Source: an uncultured bacterium
GTDB taxonomy: Bacteria > Verrucomicrobiota > Verrucomicrobiia > Limisphaerales > UBA8199
NCBI GenBank assembly: GCA_963749495.1
Contig: CAVVMW010000005.1
Coordinates: 288,001 to 352,000 of the forward strand
Length of the DNA stretch: 64,000 bases
Direction of reading: 5' to 3'
Both the position numbers and the translations under genes were made by a program. Of this stretch, positions 48,840 to 60,467 are shown piece after piece (position 1 is the stretch's first letter; each line of letters begins with the position of its first letter). The notes beneath the pieces are model-generated. The model searched no databases, had not been told where the DNA came from, and was given only the letters and a program-made list of their open reading frames with translations.

Positions 48840-49936
48840 GTTTCAATTTCGACCGCGGCCTCATTCAGGCCCTTCGCGCGCGCGGTCACCCGGACCTTGC
48901 CCGGTTCACGGGTGGATTGCAGGATGGCCACGCCGCGTCCGTGATAGGCGTTGCGAACGCCATCCTTCCCCGTCGCTGGGCTGTCCGTTGAGAAAGAAGC
49001 CCTGGTCGGGATCGAAACGGAGCGTGCGGATTCCGAACGGGGTTACGGTTTCGTCCACCAGCTCGCTCTTCCGACTTAACCGGCTCTTCACGCTGTAGAG
49101 CACGGGGGAACCGGAGGACCACAATTGCGGGCCGGGGAGTTTGATTTGCTGAACGACGGTTTGGTTGGTGCCGTGCGGGAGCGTGCCGGTGGCCGTAACG
49201 GAGGCGACGGCGCGACCGTCAGGCGTGAATAGCTCTGTTTCCAGGGAGAAGGACTGGGTCTGGCCGGTGCCATTTTCCACAGCCGTCTCGATGCGAACGG
49301 TGGCGGAACCCGCCGTGACCTCGGGCGCGGTGACATACGTGCCCCAGTGCGCGATGCGCAGCCTGTCCGTAAGCTGGAGCCGGACATGCCGGTAAATGCC
49401 CGAGCCGGTGTACCAGCGCGAATCGGCAAACCGGGAATGGTCCACGCGCACGGCCAGCAGGTTCTCGGCCCCGAAGCGCACCAGCGGCGTGAGCACACAC
49501 TCAAAGCTGGAGTACCCATACGGCCGGCCGCCCACAAAGTGGCCGTTGATCCAGACCCCGAGTAATCATAGATGCCGTCGAACTCGACCGCGACGAGCTT
49601 GTTGGTATCGGCGGCGTCCGGCTTGAACCGCTTGCGATACCAGCCGACTCCGCCCGGAGCGTAGCCGTTGCCGCTGGCGTACTCGGCGCTGAACGGCCCT
49701 TCGCTGCTCCAATCGTGGGGTAGATTCACCGCTCGCCAGGCGGCATCATCAAAGGCCGGCAGCATCGCCGTGGCGAAGTCCCCCTTGCTGAAACGCCAGT
49801 CGCCGTCAAAATCGAGCACTTTCCTTATAGGAGGGGCGGTGGCCGCGCTCACACCGGCGAAGCCGATAGCTGTAGAGACCATGATGAGAAAAAGGACCGG
49901 GCGGATTCCGAAGGGGCGCGGCTTCATGGGGTTCAA
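48840..49936 (-). pseudogene. GH2 glycoside hydrolase, frameshifted and internally deleted
   Basis: LPHDWS, FDGIY, SRWYTGSGIYR, FGIRTLRFD, then jumps to the C-terminal strand. Confidence 0.75.
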
Positions 49937-50577
49937 TGGTTCATTCCAGGCAGAAGCGAAGCATTCATGGCCGGAGCATGACCCGCAGCCGAAAACCGCA
50001 CAACCGCTTTTTATCAGGCCACATCATTTGGCCCGAGTCGCCTGCAGGGCTCTGATGGCAGGCGCCGCGGGAGAAATCGTTCACGGGCACCAGCGGGATG
50101 ATTCTGTGGCGGGCGTAAAACTCATCCGGGTGCATTGCGTGGTGCAGGCCCATGGGCGGGCGGTCGAACGTGAAGGCGAGGCCCGAGAAACCGGTCACCT
50201 CCAGCGGCGCGTCCGAGTGATGGTTCTCGACCCGCGCGCTGATGGTCGCGTCCTCACCCACGAACGTGTAGTCAAAGACGCAAACCAGAATTTGAGGCGC
50301 GGCTGCGCTACTTCCGGCTCCAATCGATCTGGTTGAAGGCCGAAGCTGGGTCTCGAGTCAATTCGAAGGCCGGGCTGGGCTGGGGGCGTCCCGGGGGAGA
50401 ATAGAACCGCGCCGCCTGCACCGCTCCTGCCAAATCCGCTCCGCGCAGTTCGAGCACGTGGTGACCGGGTGGAAGGCCTTGCGCGACGGTGATGCAGGCT
50501 TCCAGGCCGGGTGGGGTGGGCTGAGGCACGACCATGTCGGTGCCACGGAGGATAGCTCGCCAGGTTACGGAATCAGT

Positions 50578-53433
50578 TCAATTAGCGGTTTGGCCGTTAA
50601 GGTGAAGACGGGGCCGTCCGCGGTCGAGCACCACCGCGACGTGCTGCCAAACACCGGGTTTCAATACCTTTTGAGCATGCACCTGCTGATTCCCAGCAAT
50701 GAGTCGCAGGCTCAAGCCCGGCCAAGTGTCCAGGAGAAAACCGTCGTTCTTGCCCACTGTGATCTTGTCCAGCACGCGGCCGGATTCCTTCTCGCCGGGA
50801 CAAATCCAGGCTTCGAATGAGATCGCGCCGGCAAAATCCTCCGCGCTCGCAGGCAACGTATCACCCGGTTTCGGATCCAGCCACGAGCGGACGGCTTGTG
50901 GAGCGGTGACCGGCTTGGTTCGGTCGCCCAAGGCCAGTTCTCGAATTGCCTGGGCCGAAAGTTTGCCGCGAAACAGGGTGACGCGGCCAATCTGACCCGA
51001 GAACCGGTTGCCACCGTTCTGGTCCATGCCCGCGCGCAGGGCATAGGCGTTGGGCGGGACAGGCGGCGCCAGCGGTTTGGCTGGCTGCACTTGACAGACC
51101 GTTACGTCCTCCTTCCGCGATGCTGGAACAATGTCCCAGGCGGCCAGCCTGCCCTCCTTAACGGTTCCGCTGAGCATGGCGCCATGCGTCAAGTGCAGTT
51201 TGAAATCGACATCCCAGTCGGCAGGCCAGGCCGGCAAGAGCAAAATCTTGCTGCCGGCCTCCTGAATGAGCATTCGCTCCAAGGCCACCGAGCCGGCGCC
51301 GAAATGGTCGAAGTCCGGGCAGGAGTCCGGGCCTTCTTTGCCATAGAGCGGGAAGCGGCACATGGTGGAGGCGGTGCGGAACCGGCGCACCAGGCCGTCG
51401 GCCGCCTCGGCGGCATTTCCGGCGCAGGCCCAGTGGATTTGATCCTGGGTCCAACAGGCGCACCCGAACATGTCCGGGCAGGAACGGTGTTTCATCGTCC
51501 AGTTCGCGACATCGGCGCTCCCGAGCGCGAGGCCAAAACAGCGGAAGGGGAAGACCGGGTAAAGTTCGCCGTTCTCAGCGTTGCTTTGTTTTTCCCACGT
51601 CTCGGCCGGGGCAATCGCTTGCCTGCCTTCGATAGTCCGCAGAGGAACCTCCGGGACCGCGGCACGGAGTCTCTGCCAGCGGCTCTGGTCTTCTGCTGTC
51701 CCGGCGTTCATCCTCAGCAATTCATCCAGGCAGAACCGCAGGCCAGCGACATCGGGCGCCGGGTTGACGGCGACCCACCAGGTTTCGAGCACCTGGGCGG
51801 GCTCGAGGCGGAGCTTGCCGTCCGCGCCGCGAGCGTAGTGCCGGTCGAAAAAGAGGAGGACTTCCCGCGCAAAGGGCACCAGCACGCCCTCGCGAAAGCT
51901 ATGATCCTCCGTGTAATCGGCATAGTCGAGCATCATCGCCAGGATTTCCAGGCCGCTGGTAAAATAGTAGTCATGATACCAGCCCTCATACTTTTCGCCC
52001 GGCTTGGTTCTGGGCGGCTGGCCGCCGTGATCGCAGTCGCGCTCGGCTCCTGTCGGCTCGATGTTCTCGCGGTAGTAGGCGCCTTCGTGCCCGAACCAGG
52101 CCTTGGTGATCGCCTTTCGCATCGGCAGCAGATTCCAGTAGTAATCGAAAAACGGCTTCATCAGATCGAAGTCGCCGCTGGCCAGCATCTGCCAATAGAG
52201 CAACCGCTGGTTCTGAAAGGTGAATCGCCGGCCCCAGAGCCGGTCGTCCTCGTGAGTGAGCCAGGTGCCGTCAGGCTGCTTCACCGCGCCCGGCCGGCCT
52301 TGTTCACCGCGGAGACGCAACTGCTGCGTGAACAGCCCGCCGTTGAACTTGGTTTGGATGCGTCCTCGGCTCTGGCAGGCCATCAGGAACCGGAAGACGT
52401 TATAGCTCTGTGCCGCTAAAGCCACGCCGTCCTCCTCGTCGCGGTCTCCGCCCGAAGAAGGTTCACCGCTGAGCTTCCCTCGTTCATCCGGCGGTAAATT
52501 CCGGTCGGAAGCGTCGATCCAGCTCCGCTCCCAGAAGTTCGCCCACCACGCGCAGTGTTTTTCCCAATCGTGCGCCGCATCCACCGGTTGCGCCGCCTGC
52601 TGTTCGATAGTCTCGATCCACGCCTCTGGCTTGGGCGTCTGCATCGCCAGCCCATGAATGCGAATATCGAAACTCCGGCCCGTGCCGCAAAGCGCCCCCT
52701 CTTTGAGCGTCATCGTTGGGCATTCGAGCAGGTTGCCGAAGGTATTGAACCGAAACGGGTCCGGGAAACGCGTCGCCATCTGCTCGACTTGGTAAAACTT
52801 GAGGTCATCGGCATAGACGCTGTGGTCGCCGACCGCGAAATACCAGAGCAGTCTCCCGTTTCGTTCCAGACGCACATCCTGGGGAGGCCCCCCGGTCCCA
52901 ATCACCCCGCGGGAATAGGTGCTGACGCAGTTGAAATCGCAGTGGTCCAAACGCTTCCAGAATTCCGGTCGCGTCGTGACCGCCACTCCGCGGGGCGAAT
53001 GGATTTCGATGTGATAGACGGGCCGATTCGCATCCACCCAAATCCGAATCTCCGTCCCGTCCGCCTGGATGCGAACCGAGCCGGTGGGCAAATCGAGCGT
53101 CTGACGGAACGGCTTTCCGCCGACGAAGGGATTGGGGTCGAGCGAGACCCGCACCCGCCCGGTCTTGTAGAGGTCGCCCATGTAATTGAAGGCATCGTTC
53201 TTGGAGAGCAGCAGAAACAAGTCGCCGTTTTCGATGGCGTACACGCCGGCGGCAATATCCCCGTTGCCAATGGGCATCACGCCAGTGGCGTCCTTCGAGG
53301 GCGTGCTCCAGATCACGTTGTAGCGGCCCATGCGCTTCGCGGCAGCCTCTGCGGATGGCTTGGGCCCGGCAGCCTGAATCGGCACGAGCGAGAGCAGCAG
53401 CAGGCCGGTTTGTACAAGTTGAATAGGGCTCAT
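50578..53433 (-). CDS. DUF5703/GH95-like glycoside hydrolase with LamG-like C-terminus
   Basis: MPIGNGD, FQNQRLLYW, NAENGELYPVFP, LLPAWP..WDVDFKLH. Confidence 0.8.
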   Translation of the reverse strand: MSPIQLVQTGLLLLSLVPIQAAGPKPSAEAAAKRMGRYNVIWSTPSKDATGVMPIGNGDIAAGVYAIENGDLFLLLSKNDAFNYMGDLYKTGRVRVSLDPNPFVGGKPFRQTLDLPTGSVRIQADGTEIRIWVDANRPVYHIEIHSPRGVAVTTRPEFWKRLDHCDFNCVSTYSRGVIGTGGPPQDVRLERNGRLLWYFAVGDHSVYADDLKFYQVEQMATRFPDPFRFNTFGNLLECPTMTLKEGALCGTGRSFDIRIHGLAMQTPKPEAWIETIEQQAAQPVDAAHDWEKHCAWWANFWERSWIDASDRNLPPDERGKLSGEPSSGGDRDEEDGVALAAQSYNVFRFLMACQSRGRIQTKFNGGLFTQQLRLRGEQGRPGAVKQPDGTWLTHEDDRLWGRRFTFQNQRLLYWQMLASGDFDLMKPFFDYYWNLLPMRKAITKAWFGHEGAYYRENIEPTGAERDCDHGGQPPRTKPGEKYEGWYHDYYFTSGLEILAMMLDYADYTEDHSFREGVLVPFAREVLLFFDRHYARGADGKLRLEPAQVLETWWVAVNPAPDVAGLRFCLDELLRMNAGTAEDQSRWQRLRAAVPEVPLRTIEGRQAIAPAETWEKQSNAENGELYPVFPFRCFGLALGSADVANWTMKHRSCPDMFGCACWTQDQIHWACAGNAAEAADGLVRRFRTASTMCRFPLYGKEGPDSCPDFDHFGAGSVALERMLIQEAGSKILLLPAWPADWDVDFKLHLTHGAMLSGTVKEGRLAAWDIVPASRKEDVTVCQVQPAKPLAPPVPPNAYALRAGMDQNGGNRFSGQIGRVTLFRGKLSAQAIRELALGDRTKPVTAPQAVRSWLDPKPGDTLPASAEDFAGAISFEAWICPGEKESGRVLDKITVGKNDGFLLDTWPGLSLRLIAGNQQVHAQKVLKPGVWQHVAVVLDRGRPRLHLNGQTAN

Positions 53434-53504
53434 GATCCTGATCTTTCTATTGAGCCAGGACACCTTCTGATGACGGATGCCTTGAGGCGCCGGAGCGCTG
53501 CGCG

Positions 53505-54836
53505 TCAGACCGACCAGGGCGCGCGGTAGTCGCGTGTCAGCCATGTGGGATCACCCGTGCCGCCGGCGAATTCCAGCTTGAACGGGTCCCACTTCAGATG
53601 CGCGTGGTGGTAATAGCTCTGGTTCACCAGATGACAGCAGATGGCGGAGCGCGCACCGACCTGTTCGCTGGTGATCGGCTTCTTGCGGGCCTTCACACAA
53701 CCCAGGAAATCGGTGAGGTGATCGCTGCTGGCATAGAGCCGCACTTTGGCGTCTTTGAGGAAATTGCGCTCGGCCAGTTGGACCTGCGCCGCACAGTTTG
53801 TGTCGGTGTCCTGCCTGCCGCGGTAAGATGCCACCGGCTTGCCGTCAAGGAGGACTACGAACTGGCCGCGGTTGACCAGCACCTCGCCATTCGCGCCAAA
53901 GAACTGCACCCCAAAGCCATTGACGTGTTCCACCGTGATGCCATTGGCATAAACCAGCTTGGCGCCGCGCTTGGCTTGCGGCGCGCCGGCGGGAAGGACT
54001 TCCACCGGGCCGCTGTCATCCATGCCAAGCCCCCACTGGGCGATGTCCAGGTGATGCGCGCCCCAGTCGCCCACGCCGCCGCTGCCGTATTCCATGTAGT
54101 CGCGCCACGCCGGAAAACCCCTGTGAACGCCGCGCGGGCTGAGCACCGAACTGTAGCCGCGCAGCGGTGCCGGGCCGCACCAGAAGTTCCAATCCAGTCC
54201 CGGCTCCGGTGATTCTTCCTTCAGATCGCATGGCCGGCCCGGGTCGCCGAAGCTGCAGTCGACCTTCTGGATCTTGCCGATCACGCCATTGCGCACCAGT
54301 TCGCACGCCACTCGGAATTCCTTCATCGAGCGCTGCATGGAGCCGGTCTGCAGGACGCGTTGGTTCGCGTCCACGGCCTTCATGACCTCGATCGCCTCGT
54401 GGATATTGTGCGTCAGCGGCTTCTCGCAATAGACGTCCTTGCCAGAGCGCAGCACGGCCAGCATCGGGATGGCGTGCCAGTGATCGGGCGTGGCGATGCA
54501 GACGGCATCAATATCGTTGCGGGCGATGACCTCGCGGAAATCGTTGTAGGCGGCGCAATCGCTGTTCCCATAGGCCTTGTCCACGATCTGTTTCGCGTCG
54601 GTCCGGCGGGTGGTGTCCACGTCGCAGACCGCCAGCACCCGCGTCTGCCGGCCGAGAAACCCCCTCATCAAGCCGCGCCCTTGCGTGCCCAGGCCGATGA
54701 ACCCCATCGTGAGACGCCCGCTGGGTGGCGTTGCCGCGCTCCACAGGCGAGCGGGCAAGAGCAGCGGCGCGGTGGCGGTGACGGTGGCGGCGGCCTTCAG
54801 GAAGTGCCGGCGACTGAACTGGGCGGTTGATTTCAT
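53505..54836 (-). CDS. Tat-exported Gfo/Idh/MocA oxidoreductase
   Basis: SRRHFLK, ATPDHWH, YCEKP, DWGAHHLD. Confidence 0.92.
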   Translation of the reverse strand: MKSTAQFSRRHFLKAAATVTATAPLLLPARLWSAATPPSGRLTMGFIGLGTQGRGLMRGFLGRQTRVLAVCDVDTTRRTDAKQIVDKAYGNSDCAAYNDFREVIARNDIDAVCIATPDHWHAIPMLAVLRSGKDVYCEKPLTHNIHEAIEVMKAVDANQRVLQTGSMQRSMKEFRVACELVRNGVIGKIQKVDCSFGDPGRPCDLKEESPEPGLDWNFWCGPAPLRGYSSVLSPRGVHRGFPAWRDYMEYGSGGVGDWGAHHLDIAQWGLGMDDSGPVEVLPAGAPQAKRGAKLVYANGITVEHVNGFGVQFFGANGEVLVNRGQFVVLLDGKPVASYRGRQDTDTNCAAQVQLAERNFLKDAKVRLYASSDHLTDFLGCVKARKKPITSEQVGARSAICCHLVNQSYYHHAHLKWDPFKLEFAGGTGDPTWLTRDYRAPWSV

Positions 54837-54991
54837 AACTGCATCGAGGATGACGGTCGTCCAACCGCAGATCAACACTCATTTTGGCGCCCCCGACGTT
54901 GCGGTGCTTCCACGCAGCAGGTTCGCTCGGTGGCTTTTCACTTTTTGGTCGCTATTGGCGCACCAGCCTGGCTTGCGCAAGCTTGGCGTGG

Positions 54992-56299
54992 TCACTGCTG
55001 CTCGCCTGATCGCTGCGCAACGTCCATCGCGATGGTGGCCCATTCCCACAGCCGCTGCGGTTGGTAGCGCACCGTGGAGATGTCTTTCATGATGAACTCG
55101 ACATGGCCGCCGCGGGCTGCCGCCAGGAAATCGCCGAGATCCTGCCGCGCCTGACCGGGATTCCAATGGTCTTGGGCGAAAATCGCCGGGTTGGGTTTGC
55201 GACTCATGACCCAGTGCGGACCGATGGTCTCGACCGCCCGTTCCGTCTTGCACCAGGGCGTGACGGAAACCTTGCGCAAGTTGGGGATTTTCCTCAGGAG
55301 CTCGACTTTGCCATCCAGGGGTTCGCAGCAGCCGTAGTAAGCGAGGCCCCAGCGGGAAAGCCAGCGGAGATCATGTTGCAGGGCGAATTCCCAGTGCATG
55401 CGGGGCGAGACTTCGGAGAAGATTTGCGCGTTGGAGCACCCCCACATATTGTGCGGTCGCACCCGGCCCGGATCGTAGTTCCCGCCCGGCAACGAGCGGG
55501 TGTAGCCGTAGCCGCCGGAACCGATCCGCGTGTTATTGGCGTCGAGCGAGAAAAGGTTGAGAGCCTCGAACTGATCGAGTTCGGTCATCCAGGCGTCCAC
55601 CATCCGCTCAACGGCGGCGTGGACCAGATCAGGCCGTTCAACCAGGTCCAGCATGGCCTCCTCGATGCCCCACCAGCGAATGAGGTAATCCCACGGGGTG
55701 TACCAGATGTGGGTCTGCCCCACTTTGCGGACCGGCATGAGGCCGGCGCAAATCTCGGAGATCACGCGAAAACGCTCCTCCGTGGCTGCCGCGACATGGG
55801 TAACCCTGGGCATCTGGATCTTCTCCAGGTCCGGCCAGCCGCGAATCTGAATATGAAAGTGGCGTGAGACGATGGGGTTGGCTTCGTCGGTCTTGGCCAG
55901 GTCCACGTCCTCGACGATGCCGAAGTCGGTGCTGTGGATAGCCAGGGGGCACTCGATGAAATCACTCACGATCATGTCCGCGGGCAGGTGCCGCCACTGG
56001 TAGAGCGTTTGCCGCAACGTCGTCTCCCACTCGCGCGCCCACGGGTGCCGCGTGCGGAGCGTCAGTTCGTCATTGACGTTCATCTCGTGCCACGGGATTT
56101 CGTTGATCCAGACCATCGGGCGCGCGGATTCGAGATCGTTGAGTCGGCGCCACAGCTCGGCTTTCTCACGGTGGACCGGGAGCGCGGCAATCTCCGCCAG
56201 TTCGGCGACGAGGCGGCGGAGGACTTCCTTCTCGTCCTGCTGGAGCTTGATTTCCTCCGTGGTGATGGGCTGTGGGCGATGACTGGGGTCGTGGAGCAT
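54992..56299 (-). CDS. URO-D/methyltransferase-like TIM-barrel protein
   Basis: VSPRMHWEF, YYGCCEPL, LRKVSVTPW, MKDISTV. Confidence 0.7.
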   Translation of the reverse strand: MLHDPSHRPQPITTEEIKLQQDEKEVLRRLVAELAEIAALPVHREKAELWRRLNDLESARPMVWINEIPWHEMNVNDELTLRTRHPWAREWETTLRQTLYQWRHLPADMIVSDFIECPLAIHSTDFGIVEDVDLAKTDEANPIVSRHFHIQIRGWPDLEKIQMPRVTHVAAATEERFRVISEICAGLMPVRKVGQTHIWYTPWDYLIRWWGIEEAMLDLVERPDLVHAAVERMVDAWMTELDQFEALNLFSLDANNTRIGSGGYGYTRSLPGGNYDPGRVRPHNMWGCSNAQIFSEVSPRMHWEFALQHDLRWLSRWGLAYYGCCEPLDGKVELLRKIPNLRKVSVTPWCKTERAVETIGPHWVMSRKPNPAIFAQDHWNPGQARQDLGDFLAAARGGHVEFIMKDISTVRYQPQRLWEWATIAMDVAQRSGEQQ

Positions 56300-56518
56300 G
56301 GGATGAAACTGGTTTAGGGGGTGGCGGCGTACAACTGAAACTCGCAGATCGTCGGCACTTCGACGGCATTGAGGATGTTCAGACGGAAAAGGCGGGCCGT
56401 GGTCGGTGGAAAGGAGATTTCCTTCGCTGGCCCGATGGTCGTGCCGGCGGCGATGGTTTTCCAAGCGCCGTCTTGCTGATGAATCGTGTCATGTGTTCGT
56501 GTTTTTCAAGGTTTCCAC

Positions 56519-57907
56519 TCATTCCGCGGGTTCCATCTCCTGCCTGTAGAGTCTTCGCCAGCCGAACCCGTAAGCCATGATGCAGACGAAGCAGACCATC
56601 GGCATCAGGAATCCAACGCGCATCGAGTAATGATCCGCCAGCCAGCCCATAAGCATCGGCATGATGGCCCCGCCGACAATGGCAGTCACCATCCATGAGG
56701 ACGCGAGCTTGGTCCGTTCTCCCAGCCCGCGAATCGCCAGCGCGAAGTGCGTCGGATACATGATGGACATGAAGAAAAAGCTGAGCATCAGCGCCACCAC
56801 GGAAACCCAGCCCAGGCTGAGGAACACCAAACCCATGAACACGACGTTGGCGAGCGCATAGAGGCCCAGCACCCGATGCGCCGGCGCAAACCGCAGGATG
56901 GCGCTCCCGGAAAAACGTCCGACTGTGAATAAGATGAACGCCAGCGACAGCATCGTCCCGGCGCAGTAATCGGTGATGTGCCACACGTCGTCGCGCAGAT
57001 ACTTCATGTTTCCTGGGAGCAACTCCGCCAGCCACGCCGGCAGCGGGGGCATGCAGCGGGGGTCCTTCAGGTAATTAATGAAGAAGCTGAAGATGCCGGT
57101 CTGCGCCGCGCAGTAGAGGAATTGCGACGCGATGGCCAGGACGAAATGCCACTCACGGACCAGCGGACGCTCATGCACCCGCCCATTGGCCGCGGCGCGC
57201 GCCTCCTGAGCGGCATGGAGATCGGGCACCGAAGCCAGTGCGAACGCCGCGATCAGCACCGTGACGATCCCGGCCACGATCAGGTAAGGCAGGCAGAGCG
57301 CCGTGTTGCTGGTGTTGACCTGCTCGGTCTTCGACAAAATAAACGAGCCGCCGAGCAGCGGGCCGAAAATCCACCCCACGGCATTGCAGCTTTGCGCCAG
57401 GTTGATCCGCGCCACGCCGGACTCCGGCGCCCCGAGCACCGTCGCATAGGGATTGGCGATAGTTTCGATGAACGTGAATCCGCACGCCACCAATCCGAGC
57501 GCGAGCAGGAAGAAACTGAACACAACCGTCTGGCTCGCGACGATCTTCGTCACCGGCACAAAGCAAATGCACCCGACCGCGATCACCGACAGCCCGAGCA
57601 AAATCCCGCCGCGATAGCCATAGCGCCGCGCGAACATCCCCGCCGGCAACGCCAGCAGGAAATACCCGGCGTACCAGAAGCCCTGCACGAATGCGGACTG
57701 CGCCTTGGAGACTTGGAGTGAATTCTGAAAGTGCTTGTTGAGCACATCAATCATCCCGTTGCACAACCCCGAAAGACAGAACAGGCAACAAACCAACAGG
57801 AACGTGGCCAGATGACTCACGCCATCCGGAGTGCGGAAGAGGCGGCCGGAGGCCTTTCGTCCGAAAAGCGTGGCCGGTCTTTTGGAAGCGGGTTGTTCTG
57901 TGATCAT
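56519..57907 (-). CDS. fucP: FucP-family MFS sugar:H+ symporter
   Basis: GYRGGILLGL, ETIANPY, RINLAQS, SIMYPT, AIVGGA. Confidence 0.88.
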   Translation of the reverse strand: MITEQPASKRPATLFGRKASGRLFRTPDGVSHLATFLLVCCLFCLSGLCNGMIDVLNKHFQNSLQVSKAQSAFVQGFWYAGYFLLALPAGMFARRYGYRGGILLGLSVIAVGCICFVPVTKIVASQTVVFSFFLLALGLVACGFTFIETIANPYATVLGAPESGVARINLAQSCNAVGWIFGPLLGGSFILSKTEQVNTSNTALCLPYLIVAGIVTVLIAAFALASVPDLHAAQEARAAANGRVHERPLVREWHFVLAIASQFLYCAAQTGIFSFFINYLKDPRCMPPLPAWLAELLPGNMKYLRDDVWHITDYCAGTMLSLAFILFTVGRFSGSAILRFAPAHRVLGLYALANVVFMGLVFLSLGWVSVVALMLSFFFMSIMYPTHFALAIRGLGERTKLASSWMVTAIVGGAIMPMLMGWLADHYSMRVGFLMPMVCFVCIMAYGFGWRRLYRQEMEPAE

Positions 57908-57910
57908 GTT

Positions 57911-59248
57911 CTAACGGGCGGACATTCCCTCAACATAAAACACCGCGAGGCTGCGGATGATCGGCTCAGCGGCAGACTTGGTGACGCGCAGTCGCACGCG
58001 GCTGACCTTCGCCGCGTGGAAGCGATCAATCTTCTTGCGACCAACGGAACCGCCTTGCTTCAACTCTTGCCACCGCCCGTCGCTGAAGCCCTCCACTACA
58101 TACTCGCGGATACGTTCGCCTTCGCGGTAGTCCTCCATAATGACGGCATGATTAATGAGCGCTGGCTGGGGCAGAACCAGTTCCGTGCTGCTGCCTGGCC
58201 GGTCCTTGACCTCGGCGACAGGGCGGCGGAACCGACGCTCAATCTCCTGACCAAAGGCTTCGTAGAGCTTGAGGTCAGCGTCGGGGATCAAGCCGTTCGT
58301 GTTCGGTGTCGAGTTCAGCAGCAGCACGCCGCCGTGACCGGCGGACTTGTAGTAAACGTCCATCAGTTCCTCGAGGCTCTTGCGTTTCTTCTCGTTGTCC
58401 GCAGACCAAAACCAGTTGTGGTTGTAGAGCGTGGTGTCCGCTTCCAGCGGCGCCCAAGCATCCCCATCGGGATTGCCCTGCGCGGCAGTGGCCACGCCGG
58501 TTTTTAGGTCCTTGCTCAGGAGCGAATTCCACGCCGCGTCCGGCAGTCTCCCGCTTTCGGTGCCGGCCCAGCGGATGGTCGCCTGCGGTCCTTGGAAAAT
58601 CACGGCGTCCGCCGCGTACTTCTTGAGGATGTCGCTCACGTCAATGGCGCAACTGCCATCAAACCACACTTCGGTGATCTTCCCGTAACGCGTGAGTACT
58701 TCGGTCAACTGCTGGCGAAACACCTTGTTGTAGGCTTCCTGCTTGGCGGGGTCTTTGGTGCGTCCGCCACCCACCGCGCCCCAGGTGTCGTCCCCGGGAT
58801 AAATGTAGATGCCGAGCGCGAGTGCGTGATTGCGGCAGGATTGGGACAAGTCCGCCAGCACGTCGCCTTTGCCGTCTTTCCAAGCGGCCTCCTTGATTCC
58901 GTACTTCGTCGTCTCGGTCCGCCACCAGCAGAAGCCGCCGGTGTGCTTCGCCACGAACAGGATTTCCCTGGCGCCCCACAATTTCGCTGCGCGGCACCAT
59001 TGGTCGGTGCCGAGTTGCGTGGGATTGATGGCGCTGAGCGGCGTGGAATGGTTGTCATATTCGCGCCCCTGCCAAGTGCAGGGATCGAGGCAAACGAACT
59101 GAATCCGCTCCTGCTCGTGCCAGGCGTATTGCGCCGGACTGGGCCGAGCAAGCGGGGCACCAGGAACAGCAGCCCTGGCTCCCAGTGCCAGCAGAAACAG
59201 GAATCCAGGCAGAGCGGCGATGAGCAGTGTGGCTGGTGCGGGTTTCAT
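57911..59248 (-). CDS. GH29 alpha-L-fucosidase
   Basis: AKHTGGFCWW, EVWFDG, YYKSAG..LLLN, C-terminal SVGRKKI domain. Confidence 0.9.
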   Translation of the reverse strand: MKPAPATLLIAALPGFLFLLALGARAAVPGAPLARPSPAQYAWHEQERIQFVCLDPCTWQGREYDNHSTPLSAINPTQLGTDQWCRAAKLWGAREILFVAKHTGGFCWWRTETTKYGIKEAAWKDGKGDVLADLSQSCRNHALALGIYIYPGDDTWGAVGGGRTKDPAKQEAYNKVFRQQLTEVLTRYGKITEVWFDGSCAIDVSDILKKYAADAVIFQGPQATIRWAGTESGRLPDAAWNSLLSKDLKTGVATAAQGNPDGDAWAPLEADTTLYNHNWFWSADNEKKRKSLEELMDVYYKSAGHGGVLLLNSTPNTNGLIPDADLKLYEAFGQEIERRFRRPVAEVKDRPGSSTELVLPQPALINHAVIMEDYREGERIREYVVEGFSDGRWQELKQGGSVGRKKIDRFHAAKVSRVRLRVTKSAAEPIIRSLAVFYVEGMSAR

Positions 59249-59489
59249 GGCTCAGGTTCGTCGGCCGTGCATCGGTTCGGGTCTTTGCGCCGCCAACCAT
59301 ATCCCGAGGATGGCAGTTGGCCAAGCGCTATAGATAACCGAAAGCAAGGACAATGCCCTGTTGACACCCAGGAGTCCTGATTTAGCATCGTGCCCTGCAT
59401 GAGCGATGCCAAGAAACTGAATTCTGTCCATCATTCGCCGACGCTATCCGGCATTGTTCCAGGGCTAAGTATGAACCGGGCGGCGGATT

Positions 59490-60443
59490 TCACCAGACAA
59501 CTACAGTCTGATTGATTGCCGGGGCCGTCGTGGGCCACAAGATCCTCTGCCCATCCTCAAGCGACGCCTCCAGGTAATACTCCAGAGTGTCCTGGGACTG
59601 GGCTGGCAGGACCGCCCGATAAGCCCGCCGAGCCCGCAAAACCGATGCCGATTTTTTGAAGTCCCCTTGGCCGAGAGAGCGCCAGCACAGATTGACCCCG
59701 GTGCACTTGGCGTGCGAAAGGACAATAGCACGGATTTCCTGCTGCTCGCCGGCATTCACCTGGGTGGGGTTTGCGAGAACAAAAATCCGCGGCATTCCCC
59801 GGTAAGCCGCACTGATCGAAGACTCGGCCGGCAAGGGTTCTCCCAGCATTTGCGCCATTGCTTGGTCATGAGCGCAGACCAGCCGGCTGCGGGAACCGCT
59901 CTCGATGCCGGAGATGGTTCCAAGCTCGCCGGGCAACCTGGCGCAGTCAACGAAAGCGGCAATAAGGTCCTCGTAGCTGCGGGCGAGTCCCAGTCGCAGG
60001 GGGAGGACTTCTTTGCGGGCGAAACTCGTCTTATTGGCAGCTTCTTGAATGGCATTGGCCTCATTCATTTTCGCAGCAAGGCGAGCAGCGAGTGCCCAGG
60101 TCCGCACGCGGAGTTGGGAAGCGCGCACCAGATTCAGCCAGTAATCGAAGCGCTCAACATTGCCTTGTGCGTCCACGTCTTCGGGCAACCCGATCCATAC
60201 GTTGGCCTCAGGCCCGGCGGCAGGGTTCCAGCTCGGGTAGGTGTGGAAGCCGATGAAGTTCATCCTTAGCTTCGCCATCTGCGACAGGACGCTCTGGTAA
60301 TCCTGAAGGTTCCACCAGTCCGGTCCGACGGAAAAATCATGGAACGGCTGCAGCCCGCGCAGGGCGAAACGGGGCTTGCCAATCTCGTTCGGCTCAGGCC
60401 AGTCACCGTTCAACGGCGCATCGGGCACAATGTCTCCATCCAA
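59490..60443 (-). pseudogene. Internally deleted glycoside-hydrolase-like protein
   Basis: RGLQPFHDF...KLRMNFIGFHTY joined directly to a C-terminal domain. Confidence 0.5.
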
Positions 60444-60467
60444 GGCGAACCTGACGCACGAGGGCCC

